Source: Laetmonice hystrix (Eukaryota). From it: a stretch of DNA of 64,000 bases. Where the stretch lies: positions 43,154,001 to 43,218,000 of the forward strand of contig OZ249436.1 in NCBI GenBank assembly GCA_965235115.1, written 5' to 3'. Positions 42,374 to 56,935 of this stretch are shown one piece after another. The translations under genes and the position numbers were made by a program. The notes beneath the pieces were generated by a model. The model did not search any database. It saw only the letters and a program-made list of their open reading frames with translations, and was not told the DNA's origin. Numbering within the stretch: position 1 is the first letter of the stretch; each line of letters starts with the position of its first letter.

Positions 42374-45300
42374 AGGTAAGATGTAGGGACTTCTCACTCT
42401 ACTGGTTGGCCTCCCACACTGCTTGGCCCCACAGTGTACTGTTTGGCCTCACTGTACTCTTTGGCCTCACTGTAGTGTTCGCTTGCGTGCCAGGCCAGCC
42501 AGTATACCTTGTAGCGATTCTTCCCTGTACTGTTTGGCCTCCCTGTACCGTTTGCTTGTATACAAGAGTAGCTAGTAGTATAGGGACGCCTCATGTTTCA
42601 TGTTTCCATGCCTTTATTGTCCAGGAGGCAGGCCATACGTTTCGTTTATCATCTACTCCCATCTAACCTGTGTCCCCTACAGACCATCTGTAAGCGTCCA
42701 AGAACGTTGTCAGGTCGTCCCAATGACTGTTTGCCGTAAAGGTTAATTAACAATGGGAAAATTGCGTTGTACGCCTTTTCTATATCAGATATCCCCTCCC
42801 CAAGTAACAAACAGACAAAGAAAGATTACACAGAGATGAACATTACAGGCAGAAAACACCAGTGTGCAGCAGTGCTGACTGCACTGCCGCCTTACGGCCA
42901 GCGGTGGAATCACCACGTACACCTGGCCGGGCTGGCAGGCACCTGTGGCTCTGAGGCGAGAGACAGGTTAAAGCAATGATAAGCGAAAAATGGCTACACT
43001 TTTGATACTTCAAATTGAAACTACGCCCCCAAAATTATTATTCTTAGGCCAGATGTATGACTGTGAAACGTATAGGTCTCGTACGTTCGCTACAGATATT
43101 TGGTTCTGATGTGTACACTTCCCATTTGAGTATCTTCTCCAGATTTTAACATTAGATGCTCCTCGCCTGTACCTTTCATTTCCATTACCTCGCTGTAGAG
43201 TTTGCATGGCTACTATAGGCCAGCAGGTAAGATGTATGGACTTCTCACTCTACTGGTTGGCCTCCCACACTGCTTGGCCCCACAGTGTACTGTTTGGCCT
43301 CACTGTACTCTTTGGCCTCATTGTAGTGTTCGCTTGCGTGCCAGGCCAGCCAGTATACCTTGTAGCGATTCTTCCCTGTACTGTTTGGCCTCCCTGTACC
43401 GTTTGCTTGTATACAAGAGTAGGTATTAGTATAGGGACGCCTCATGTTTCATATTTCCATGCCTTTATTGTCCAGGAGGCAGGCCATACGTTTCGTTTAT
43501 CATCTACTCCCATCTAACCTGTGTCCCCTACAGACCATCTGTAAGCGTCCAAGAACGTTGTCAGGTCGTCCCAACAACTGTTTGCCGTAAAGGTTAATTA
43601 ACAATGGGAAAATTGCGTTGTACGCCTTTTCTATATCAGATATCCCCTCCCCAAGTAACAAACAGACAAAGAAAGATTACACAGAGATGAACACTGCAGG
43701 CAGAAAACACCAGTGTGCAGCGGTGCTGACTGCACTGCCGCCTTACGGCCAGCAGTGGAATCACCACGTACACCTGGCCGGGCTGGCAGGCACCTGTGGC
43801 TCTGAGGCGAGAGACAGGTTAAAGCAACGATATGCGAAAAATGGCTACATTTTTGATATGTCAAATTGAAACTACGCCCCCAAAATTATTATTCTTAGGC
43901 CAGATGTATGACTGTGAAACGTATAGGTCTCGTACGTTCGCTACAGATATTTGGTTGTGATGTGTACACTTCCCATTTGAGTATCTTCTCCAGATTTTAA
44001 CATTAGATGCTCCTCGCCTGTACCTTTCATTTCCATTACCTCGCTGTAGTGTTTGCATGGCTACTATAGGCCAGCAGGTAAGATGTAGGGACTTCTCACT
44101 CTACTGGTTGGCCTCCCACACTGCTTGGCCCCACAGTGTACTGTTTGGCCTCACTGTACTCTTTGGCCTCACTGTAGTGTTCGCTTGTGTGCCAGGCCAG
44201 CCAGTATACCTTGTAGCGATTCTTTCCTGTACTGTTTGGCCTCCCTGTACCGTTTGCTTGTATACAAGAGTAGCTAGTAGTATAGGGACGCCTCATGTTT
44301 CATGTTTCCATGCCTTTATTGTCCAGGAGGCAGGCCATACGTTTCGTTTATCATCTACTCCCATCTAACCTGTGTCCCCTACAGACCATCTGTAAGCGTC
44401 CAAGAACGTTGTCAGGTCGTCCCAATGACTGTTTGCCGTAAAGGTTAATTAACAATGGGAAAATTGCGTTGTACGCCTTTTCTATATCAGATATCCCCTC
44501 CCCAAGTAACAAACAGACAAACAAAGATTACACAGAGATGAACATTGCAGGCAGAAAACACCAGGGTGCAGCGGTGCTGACTGCACTGCCGCCTTACGGC
44601 CAGCAGTGGAATCACCACGTACACCTGGCCGGGCTGGCAGGCACCTGTGGCTCTGAGGCGAGAGACAGGTTAAAGCAATGATAAGCGAAAAATGGCTACA
44701 CTTTTGATACTTCAAATTGAAACTACGCCCCCAAAATTATTATTCTTAGGCCAGATGTATGACTGTGAAACGTATAGGTCTCGTACGTTCGCTACAGATA
44801 TTTGGTTGTGATGTGTACACTTCCCATTTGAGTATCTTCTCCAGATTTTAACATTAGATGCTCCTCGCCTGTACCTTTCATTTCCATTACCTCGCTGTAG
44901 TGTTTGCATGGCTACTATAGGCCAGCAGGTAAGATGTAGGGACTTCTCACTCTACTGGTTGGCCTCCCACACTGCTTGGCCCCACAGTGTACTGTTTGGC
45001 CTCACTGTACTCTTTGGCCTCACTGTAGTGTTCGCTTGCGTGCCAGGCCAGCCAGTATACCTTGTAGCGATTCTTCCCTGTACTGTTTGGCCTCCCTGTA
45101 CCGTTTGCTTGTATACAAGAGTAGCTAGTAGTATAGGGACGCCTCATGTTTCATGTTTCCATGCCTTTATTGTCCAGGAGGCAGGCCATACGTTTCGTTT
45201 ATCATCTACTCCCATCTAACCTGTGTCCCCTACAGACCATCTGTAAGCGTCCAAGAACGTTGTCAGGTCGTCCCAATGACTGTTTGCCGTAAAGGTTAAT

Positions 45301-48300
45301 TAACAATGGGAAAATTGCGTTGTACGCCTTTTCTATATCAGATATCCCCTCCCCAAGTAACAAACAGACAAACAAAGATTACACAGAGATGAACATTGCA
45401 GGCAGAAAACACCAGGGTGCAGCGGTGCTGACTGCACTGCCGCCTTACGGCCAGCAGTGGAATCACCACGTACGCCTGGCTGGGCTGGCAGGCACCTGTG
45501 GCTCTGAGGCGAGAGACAGGTTAAAGCAATGATATGCGAAAAATGGCTACATTTTTGATACGTCAAATTGAAACTACGCCCCCAAAATTATTATTCTTAG
45601 GCCAGATGTATGACTGTGAAACGTATAGGTCTCGTACGTTCGCTACAGATATTTGGTTGTGATGTGTACACTTCCCATTTGAGTATCTTCTCCAGATTTT
45701 AACATTAGATGCTCCTCGCCTGTACCTTTCATTTCCATTACCTCGCTGTAGAGTTTGCATGGCTACTATAGGCCAGCAGGTAAGATGTATGGACTTCTCA
45801 CTCTACTGGTTGGCCTCCCACACTGCTTGGCCCCACAGTGTACTGTTTGGCCTCACTGTACTTTTTGGCCTCATTGTAGTGTTCGCTTGCGTGCCAGGCC
45901 AGCCAGTATACCTTGTAGCGATTCTTCCCTGTACTGTTTGGCCTCCCTGTACCGTTTGCTTGTATACAAGAGTAGCTATTAGTATAGGGACGCCTCATGT
46001 TTCATGTTTCCATGCCTTTATTGTCCAGGAGGCAGGCCATACGTTTCGTTTATCATCTACTCCCATCTAACCTGTGTCCCCTACAGACCATCTGTAAGCG
46101 TCCAAGAACGTTGTCAGGTCGTCCCAATAACTGTTTGCCGTAAAGGTTAATTAACAATGGGAAAATTGCGTTGTACGCCTTTTCTATATCAGATATCCCC
46201 TCCCCAAGTAACAAACAGACAAAGAAAGATTACACAGAGATGAACACTGCAGGCAGAAAACACCAGTGTGCAGCGGTGCTGACTGCACTGCCGCCTTACG
46301 GCCAGCAGTGGAATCACCACGTACACCTGGCCGGGCTGGCAGGCACCTGTGGCTCTGAGGCGAGAGACAGGTTAAAGCAACGATATGCGAAAAATGGCTA
46401 CATTTTTGATACGTCAAATTGAAACTACGCCCCCAAAATTATTATTCTTAGGCCAGATGTATGACTGTGAAACGTATAGGTCTCGTACGTTCGCTACAGA
46501 TATTTGGTTGTGATGTGTACACTTCCCATTTGAGTATCTTCTCCAGATTTTAACATTAGATGCTCCTCGCCTGTACCTTTCATTTCCATTACCTCGCTGT
46601 AGTGTTTGCATGGCTACTATAGGCCAGCAGGTAAGATGTAGGGACTTCTCACTCTACTGGTTGGCCTCCCACACTGCTTGGCCCCACAGTGTACTGTTTG
46701 GCCTCACTGTACTCTTTGGCCTCACTGTAGTGTTCGCTTGCGTGCCAGGCCAGCCAGTATACCTTGTAGCGATTCTTTCCTGTACTGTTTGGCCTCCCTG
46801 TACCGTTTGCTTGTATACAAGAGTAGCTAGTAGTATAGGGACGCCTCATGTTTCATGTTCCCATGCCTTTATTGTCCAGGAGGCAGGCCATACGTTTCGT
46901 TTATCATCTACTCCCATCTAACCTGTGTCCCCTACAGACCATCTGTAAGCGTCCAAGAACGTTGTCAGGTCGTCCCAATGACTGTTTGCCGTAAAGGTTA
47001 ATTAACAATGGGAAAATTGCGTTGTACGCCTTTTCTATATCAGATATCCCCTCCCCAAGTAACAAACAGACAAACAAAGATTACACAGAGATGAACATTG
47101 CAGGCAGAAAACACCAGGGTGCAGCGGTGCTGACTGCACTGCCGCCTTACGGCCAGCAGTGGAATCACCACGTACACCTGGCCGGGCTGGCAGGCACCTG
47201 TGGCTCTGAGGCGAGAGACAGGTTAAAGCAATGATAAGCGAAAAATGGCTACACTTTTGATACTTCAAATTGAAACTACGGCCCCAAAATTATTTTTCTT
47301 AGGCCAGATGTATGACTGTGAAACGTATAGGTCTCGTACGTTCGCTACAGATATTTGGTTGTGATGTGTACACTTCCCATTTGAGTATCTTCTCCAGATT
47401 TTAACATTAGATGCTCCTCGCCTGTACCTTTCATTTCCATTACCTCGCTGTAGTGTTTGCATGGCTACTATAGGCCAGCAGGTAAGATGTTGGGACTTCT
47501 CACTCTACTGGTTGGCCTCCCACACTGCTTGGCCCCACAGTGTACTGTTTGGCCTCACTGTACTCTTTGGCCTCACTGTAGTGTTCGCTTGCGTGCCAGG
47601 CCAGCCAGTATACCTTGTAGCGATTCTTTCCTGTACTGTTTGGCCTCCCTGTACCGTTTGCTTGTATACAAGAGTAGCTAGTAGTATAGGGACGCCTCAT
47701 GTTTCATGTTTCCATGCCTTTATTGTCCAGGAGGCAGGCCATACGTTTCGTTTATCATCTACTCCCATCTAACCTGTGTCCCCTACAGACCATCTGTAAG
47801 CGTCCAAGAACGTTGTCAGGTCGTCCCAATGACTGTTTGCCGTAAAGGTTAATTAACAATGGGAAAATTGCGTTGTACGCCTTTTCTATATCAGATATCC
47901 CCTCCCCAAGTAACAAACGGACAAACAAAGATTACACAGAGATGAACATTGCAGGCAGAAAACACCAGGGTGCAGCGGTGCTGACTGCACTGCCGCCTTA
48001 CGGCCAGCAGTGGAATCACCACGTACACCTGGCCGGGCTGGCAGGCACCTGTGGCTCTGAGGCGAGAGACAGGTTAAAGCAATGATAAGCGAAAAATGGC
48101 TACACTTTTGATACTTCAAATTGAAACTACGCCCCCAAAATTATTATTCTTAGGCCAGATGTATGACTGTGAAACGTATAGGTCTCGTACGTTCGCTACA
48201 GATATTTGGTTGTGATGTGTACACTTCCCATTTGAGTATCTTCTCCAGATTTTAACATTAGATGCTCCTCGCCTGTACCTTTCATTTCCATTACCTCGCT

Positions 48301-51300
48301 GTAGTGTTTGCATGGCTACTATAGGCCAGCAGGTAAGATGTAGGGACTTCTCACTCTACTGGTTGGCCTCCCACACTGCTTGGCCCCACAGTGTACTGTT
48401 TGGCCTCACTGTACTCTTTGGCCTCACTGTAGTGTTCGCTTGCGTGCCAGGCCAGCCAGTATACCTTGTAGCGATTCTTTCCTGTACTGTTTGGCCTCCC
48501 TGTACCGTTTGCTTGTATACAAGAGTAGCTAGTAGTATAGGGACGCCTCATGTTTCATGTTTCCATGCCTTTATTGTCCAGGAGGCAGGCCATACGTTTC
48601 GTTTATCATCTACTCCCATCTAACCTGTGTCCCCTACAGACCATCTGTAAGCGTCCAAGAACGTTGTCAGGTCGTCCCAATGACTGTTTGCCGTAAAGGT
48701 TAATTAACAATGGGAAAATTGCGTTGTACGCCTTTTCTATATCAGATATCCCCTCCCCAAGTAACAAACAGACAAACAAAGATTACACAGAGATGAACAT
48801 TGCAGGCAGAAAACACCAGGGTGCAGCGGTGCTGACTGCACTGCCGCCTTACGGCCAGCAGTGGAATCACCACGTACACCTGGCCGGGCTGGCAGGCACC
48901 TGTGGCTCTGAGGCGAGAGACAGGTTAAAGCAATGATAAGCGAAAAATGGCTACACTTTTGATACTTCAAATTGAAACTACGCCCCCAAAATTATTATTC
49001 TTAGGCCAGATGTATGACTGTGAAACGTATAGGTCTCGTACGTTCGCTACAGATATTTGGTTGTGATGTGTACACTTCCCATTTGAGTATCTTCTCCAGA
49101 TTTTAACATTAGATGCTCCTCGCCTGTACCTTTCATTTCCATTACCTCGCTGTAGTGTTTGCATGGCTACTATAGGCCAGCAGGTAAGATGTAGGGACTT
49201 CTCACTCTACTGGTTGGCCTCCCACACTGCTTGGCCCCACAGTGTACTGTTTGGCCTCACTGTACTCTTTGGCCTCACTGTAGTGTTCGCTTGCGTGCCA
49301 GGCCAGCCAGTATACCTTGTAGCGATTCTTCCCTGTACTGTTTGGCCTCCCTGTACCGTTTGCTTGTATACAAGAGTAGCTAGTAGTATAGGGACGCCTC
49401 ATGTTTCATGTTTCCATGCCTTCATTGTCCAGGAGGCAGGCCATACGTTTCGTTTATCATCTACTCCCATCTAACCTGTGTCCCCTACAGACCATCTGTA
49501 AGCGTCCAAGAACGTTGTCAGGTCGTCCCAATGACTGTTTGCCGTAAAGGTTAATTAACAATGGGAAAATTGCGTTGTACGCCTTTTCTATATCAGATAT
49601 CCCCTCCCCAAGTAACAAACAGACAAAGAAAGATTACACAGAGATGAACATTACAGGCAGAAAACACCAGTGTGCAGCAGTGCTGACTGCACTGCCGCCT
49701 TACGGCCAGCGGTGGAATCACCACGTACACCTGGCCGGGCTGGCAGGCACCTGTGGCTCTGAGGCGAGAGACAGGTTAAAGCAATGATAAGCGAAAAATG
49801 GCTACACTTTTGATACTTCAAATTGAAACTACGCCCCCAAAATTATTATTCTTAGGCCAGATGTATGACTGTGAAACGTATAGGTCTCGTACGTTCGCTA
49901 CAGATATTTGGTTCTGATGTGTACACTTCCCATTTGAGTATCTTCTCCAGATTTTAACATTAGATGCTCCTCGCCTGTACCTTTCATTTCCATTACCTCG
50001 CTGTAGAGTTTGCATGGCTACTATAGGCCAGCAGGTAAGATGTATGGACTTCTCACTCTACTGGTTGGCCTCCCACACTGCTTGGCCCCACAGTGTACTG
50101 TTTGGCCTCACTGTACTCTTTGGCCTCATTGTAGTGTTCGCTTGCGTGCCAGGCCAGCCAGTATACCTTGTAGCGATTCTTCCCTGTACTGTTTGGCCTC
50201 CCTGTACCGTTTGCTTGTATACAAGAGTAGGTATTAGTATAGGGACGCCTCATGTTTCATATTTCCATGCCTTTATTGTCCAGGAGGCAGGCCATACGTT
50301 TCGTTTATCATCTACTCCCATCTAACCTGTGTCCCCTACAGACCATCTGTAAGCGTCCAAGAACGTTGTCAGGTCGTCCCAACAACTGTTTGCCGTAAAG
50401 GTTAATTAACAATGGGAAAATTGCGTTGTACGCCTTTTCTATATCAGATATCCCCTCCCCAAGTAACAAACAGACAAAGAAAGATTACACAGAGATGAAC
50501 ACTGCAGGCAGAAAACACCAGTGTGCAGCGGTGCTGACTGCACTGCCGCCTTACGGCCAGCAGTGGAATCACCACGTACACCTGGCCGGGCTGGCAGGCA
50601 CCTGTGGCTCTGAGGCGAGAGACAGGTTAAAGCAACGATATGCGAAAAATGGCTACATTTTTGATATGTCAAATTGAAACTACGCCCCCAAAATTATTAT
50701 TCTTAGGCCAGATGTATGACTGTGAAACGTATAGGTCTCGTACGTTCGCTACAGATATTTGGTTGTGATGTGTACACTTCCCATTTGAGTATCTTCTCCA
50801 GATTTTAACATTAGATGCTCCTCGCCTGTACCTTTCATTTCCATTACCTCGCTGTAGTGTTTGCATGGCTACTATAGGCCAGCAGGTAAGATGTAGGGAC
50901 TTCTCACTCTACTGGTTGGCCTCCCACACTGCTTGGCCCCACAGTGTACTGTTTGGCCTCACTGTACTCTTTGGCCTCACTGTAGTGTTCGCTTGTGTGC
51001 CAGGCCAGCCAGTATACCTTGTAGCGATTCTTTCCTGTACTGTTTGGCCTCCCTGTACCGTTTGCTTGTATACAAGAGTAGCTAGTAGTATAGGGACGCC
51101 TCATGTTTCATGTTTCCATGCCTTTATTGTCCAGGAGGCAGGCCATACGTTTCGTTTATCATCTACTCCCATCTAACCTGTGTCCCCTACAGACCATCTG
51201 TAAGCGTCCAAGAACGTTGTCAGGTCGTCCCAATGACTGTTTGCCGTAAAGGTTAATTAACAATGGGAAAATTGCGTTGTACGCCTTTTCTATATCAGAT

Positions 51301-54300
51301 ATCCCCTCCCCAAGTAACAAACAGACAAACAAAGATTACACAGAGATGAACATTGCAGGCAGAAAACACCAGGGTGCAGCGGTGCTGACTGCACTGCCGC
51401 CTTACGGCCAGCAGTGGAATCACCACGTACACCTGGCCGGGCTGGCAGGCACCTGTGGCTCTGAGGCGAGAGACAGGTTAAAGCAATGATAAGCGAAAAA
51501 TGGCTACACTTTTGATACTTCAAATTGAAACTACGCCCCCAAAATTATTATTCTTAGGCCAGATGTATGACTGTGAAACGTATAGGTCTCGTACGTTCGC
51601 TACAGATATTTGGTTGTGATGTGTACACTTCCCATTTGAGTATCTTCTCCAGATTTTAACATTAGATGCTCCTCGCCTGTACCTTTCATTTCCATTACCT
51701 CGCTGTAGTGTTTGCATGGCTACTATAGGCCAGCAGGTAAGATGTAGGGACTTCTCACTCTACTGGTTGGCCTCCCACACTGCTTGGCCCCACAGTGTAC
51801 TGTTTGGCCTCACTGTACTCTTTGGCCTCACTGTAGTGTTCGCTTGCGTGCCAGGCCAGCCAGTATACCTTGTAGCGATTCTTCCCTGTACTGTTTGGCC
51901 TCCCTGTACCGTTTGCTTGTATACAAGAGTAGCTAGTAGTATAGGGACGCCTCATGTTTCATGTTTCCATGCCTTTATTGTCCAGGAGGCAGGCCATACG
52001 TTTCGTTTATCATCTACTCCCATCTAACCTGTGTCCCCTACAGACCATCTGTAAGCGTCCAAGAACGTTGTCAGGTCGTCCCAATGACTGTTTGCCGTAA
52101 AGGTTAATTAACAATGGGAAAATTGCGTTGTACGCCTTTTCTATATCAGATATCCCCTCCCCAAGTAACAAACAGACAAACAAAGATTACACAGAGATGA
52201 ACATTGCAGGCAGAAAACACCAGGGTGCAGCGGTGCTGACTGCACTGCCGCCTTACGGCCAGCAGTGGAATCACCACGTACGCCTGGCTGGGCTGGCAGG
52301 CACCTGTGGCTCTGAGGCGAGAGACAGGTTAAAGCAATGATATGCGAAAAATGGCTACATTTTTGATACGTCAAATTGAAACTACGCCCCCAAAATTATT
52401 ATTCTTAGGCCAGATGTATGACTGTGAAACGTATAGGTCTCGTACGTTCGCTACAGATATTTGGTTGTGATGTGTACACTTCCCATTTGAGTATCTTCTC
52501 CAGATTTTAACATTAGATGCTCCTCGCCTGTACCTTTCATTTCCATTACCTCGCTGTAGAGTTTGCATGGCTACTATAGGCCAGCAGGTAAGATGTATGG
52601 ACTTCTCACTCTACTGGTTGGCCTCCCACACTGCTTGGCCCCACAGTGTACTGTTTGGCCTCACTGTACTTTTTGGCCTCATTGTAGTGTTCGCTTGCGT
52701 GCCAGGCCAGCCAGTATACCTTGTAGCGATTCTTCCCTGTACTGTTTGGCCTCCCTGTACCGTTTGCTTGTATACAAGAGTAGCTATTAGTATAGGGACG
52801 CCTCATGTTTCATGTTTCCATGCCTTTATTGTCCAGGAGGCAGGCCATACGTTTCGTTTATCATCTACTCCCATCTAACCTGTGTCCCCTACAGACCATC
52901 TGTAAGCGTCCAAGAACGTTGTCAGGTCGTCCCAATAACTGTTTGCCGTAAAGGTTAATTAACAATGGGAAAATTGCGTTGTACGCCTTTTCTATATCAG
53001 ATATCCCCTCCCCAAGTAACAAACAGACAAAGAAAGATTACACAGAGATGAACACTGCAGGCAGAAAACACCAGTGTGCAGCGGTGCTGACTGCACTGCC
53101 GCCTTACGGCCAGCAGTGGAATCACCACGTACACCTGGCCGGGCTGGCAGGCACCTGTGGCTCTGAGGCGAGAGACAGGTTAAAGCAACGATATGCGAAA
53201 AATGGCTACATTTTTGATACGTCAAATTGAAACTACGCCCCCAAAATTATTATTCTTAGGCCAGATGTATGACTGTGAAACGTATAGGTCTCGTACGTTC
53301 GCTACAGATATTTGGTTGTGATGTGTACACTTCCCATTTGAGTATCTTCTCCAGATTTTAACATTAGATGCTCCTCGCCTGTACCTTTCATTTCCATTAC
53401 CTCGCTGTAGTGTTTGCATGGCTACTATAGGCCAGCAGGTAAGATGTAGGGACTTCTCACTCTACTGGTTGGCCTCCCACACTGCTTGGCCCCACAGTGT
53501 ACTGTTTGGCCTCACTGTACTCTTTGGCCTCACTGTAGTGTTCGCTTGCGTGCCAGGCCAGCCAGTATACCTTGTAGCGATTCTTTCCTGTACTGTTTGG
53601 CCTCCCTGTACCGTTTGCTTGTATACAAGAGTAGCTAGTAGTATAGGGACGCCTCATGTTTCATGTTCCCATGCCTTTATTGTCCAGGAGGCAGGCCATA
53701 CGTTTCGTTTATCATCTACTCCCATCTAACCTGTGTCCCCTACAGACCATCTGTAAGCGTCCAAGAACGTTGTCAGGTCGTCCCAATGACTGTTTGCCGT
53801 AAAGGTTAATTAACAATGGGAAAATTGCGTTGTACGCCTTTTCTATATCAGATATCCCCTCCCCAAGTAACAAACAGACAAACAAAGATTACACAGAGAT
53901 GAACATTGCAGGCAGAAAACACCAGGGTGCAGCGGTGCTGACTGCACTGCCGCCTTACGGCCAGCAGTGGAATCACCACGTACACCTGGCCGGGCTGGCA
54001 GGCACCTGTGGCTCTGAGGCGAGAGACAGGTTAAAGCAATGATAAGCGAAAAATTGCTACACTTTTGATACTTCAAATTGAAACTACGCCCCCAAAATTA
54101 TTTTTCTTAGGCCAGATGTATGACTGTGAAACGTATAGGTCTCGTACGTTCGCTACAGATATTTGGTTGTGATGTGTACACTTCCCATTTGAGTATCTTC
54201 TCCAGATTTTAACATTAGATGCTCCTCGCCTGTACCTTTCATTTCCATTACCTCGCTGTAGTGTTTGCATGGCTACTATAGGCCAGCAGGTAAGATGTTG

Positions 54301-55989
54301 GGACTTCTCACTCTACTGGTTGGCCTCCCACACTGCTTGGCCCCACAGTGTACTGTTTGGCCTCACTGTACTCTTTGGCCTCACTGTAGTGTTCGCTTGC
54401 GTGCCAGGCCAGCCAGTATACCTTGTAGCGATTCTTTCCTGTACTGTTTGGCCTCCCTGTACCGTTTGCTTGTATACAAGAGTAGCTAGTAGTATAGGGA
54501 CGCCTCATGTTTCATGTTTCCATGCCTTTATTGTCCAGGAGGCAGGCCATACGTTTCGTTTATCATCTACTCCCATCTAACCTGTGTCCCCTACAGACCA
54601 TCTGTAAGCGTCCAAGAACGTTGTCAGGTCGTCCCAATGACTGTTTGCCGTAAAGGTTAATTAACAATGGGAAAATTGCGTTGTACGCCTTTTCTATATC
54701 AGATATCCCCTCCCCAAGTAACAAACAGACAAACAAAGATTACACAGAGATGAACATTGCAGGCAGAAAACACCAGGGTGCAGCGGTGCTGACTGCACTG
54801 CCGCCTTACGGCCAGCAGTGGAATCACCACGTACACCTGGCCGGGCTGGCAGGCACCTGTGGCTCTGAGGCGAGAGACAGGTTAAAGCAATGATAAGCGA
54901 AAAATGGCTACACTTTTGATACTTCAAATTGAAACTACGCCCCCAAAATTATTATTCTTAGGCCAGATGTATGACTGTGAAACGTATAGGTCTCGTACGT
55001 TCGCTACAGATATTTGGTTGTGATGTGTACACTTCCCATTTGAGTATCTTCTCCAGATTTTAACATTAGATGCTCCTCGCCTGTACCTTTCATTTCCATT
55101 ACCTCGCTGTAGTGTTTGCATGGCTACTATAGGCCAGCAGGTAAGATGTAGGGACTTCTCACTCTACTGGTTGGCCTCCCACACTGCTTGGCCCCACAGT
55201 GTACTGTTTGGCCTCACTGTACTCTTTGGCCTCACTGTAGTGTTCGCTTGCGTGCCAGGCCAGCCAGTATACCTTGTAGCGATTCTTTCCTGTACTGTTT
55301 GGCCTCCCTGTACCGTTTGCTTGTATACAAGAGTAGCTAGTAGTATAGGGACGCCTCATGTTTCATGTTTCCATGCCTTTATTGTCCAGGAGGCAGGCCA
55401 TACGTTTCGTTTATCATCTACTCCCATCTAACCTGTGTCCCCTACAGACCATCTGTAAGCGTCCAAGAACGTTGTCAGGTCGTCCCAATGACTGTTTGCC
55501 GTAAAGGTTAATTAACAATGGGAAAATTGCGTTGTACGCCTTTTCTATATCAGATATCCCCTCCCCAAGTAACAAACAGACAAACAAAGATTACACAGAG
55601 ATGAACATTGCAGGCAGAAAACACCAGGGTGCAGCGGTGCTGACTGCACTGCCGCCTTACGGCCAGCAGTGGAATCACCACGTACACCTGGCCGGGCTGG
55701 CAGGCACCTGTGGCTCTGAGGCGAGAGACAGGTTAAAGCAATGATAAGCGAAAAATGGCTACACTTTTGATACTTCAAATTGAAACTACGCCCCCAAAAT
55801 TATTATTCTTAGGCCAGATGTATGACTGTGAAACGTATAGGTCTCGTACGTTCGCTACAGATATTTGGTTGTGATGTGTACACTTCCCATTTGAGTATCT
55901 TCTCCAGATTTTAACATTAGATGCTCCTCGCCTGTACCTTTCATTTCCATTACCTCGCTGTAGTGTTTGCATGGCTACTATAGGCCAGC
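42374..55989. repeat. Higher-order repeat C: 6808-bp 8-mer of long monomers only, 2 copies
   Basis: Variant patterns recur at +6808 (markers 42767/49575, 45320/52128, 46171/52979, 47022/53830), e.g. GTAGGTATTAG, GCTTGTGTGC, CTGGCTGGG, CATGTTCCC. Confidence 0.93.
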
Positions 55990-56935
55990 AGGTAAGATGT
56001 AGGGACTTCTCACTCTACTGGTTGGCCTCCCACACTGCTTGGCCCCACAGTGTACTGTTTGGCCTCACTGTACTCTTTGGCCTCACTGTAGTGTTCGCTT
56101 GCGTGCCAGGCCAGCCAGTATACCTTGTAGCGATTCTTTCCTGTACTGTTTGGCCTCCCTGTACCGTTTGCTTGTATACAAGAGTAGCTAGTAGTATAGG
56201 GACGCCTCATGTTTCATGTTTCCATGCCTTTATTGTCCAGGAGGCAGGCCATACGTTTCGTTTATCATCTACTCCCATCTAACCTGTGTCCCCTACAGAC
56301 CATCTGTAAGCGTCCAAGAACGTTGTCAGGTCGTCCCAATGACTGTTTGCCGTAAAGGTTAATTAACAATGGGAAAATTGCGTTGTACGCCTTTTCTATA
56401 TCAGATATCCCCTCCCCAAGTAACAAACAGACAAACAAAGATTACACAGAGATGAACATTGCAGGCAGAAAACACCAGGGTGCAGCGGTGCTGACTGCAC
56501 TGCCGCCTTACGGCCAGCAGTGGAATCACCACGTACACCTGGCCGGGCTGGCAGGCACCTGTGGCTCTGAGGCGAGAGACAGGTTAAAGCAATGATAAGC
56601 GAAAAATGGCTACACTTTTGATACTTCAAATTGAAACTACGCCCCCAAAATTATTATTCTTAGGCCAGATGTATGACTGTGAAACGTATAGGTCTCGTAC
56701 GTTCGCTACAGATATTTGGTTGTGATGTGTACACTTCCCATTTGAGTATCTTCTCCAGATTTTAACATTAGATGCTCCTCGCCTGTACCTTTCATTTCCA
56801 TTACCTCGCTGTAGTGTTTGCATGGCTACTATAGGCCAGCAGGTAAGATGTAGGGACTTCTCACTCTACTGGTTGGCCTCCCACACTGCTTGGCCCCACA
56901 GTGTACTGTTTGGCCTCACTGTACTCTTTGGCCTC

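Noticed and set aside
1..56840. Array as an assembly duplication artefact
   Set aside because: HOR copies carry private SNPs (e.g. near 11843, 15089, 34459, 47281) and a coherent nested history. Copy number still needs read-level confirmation.
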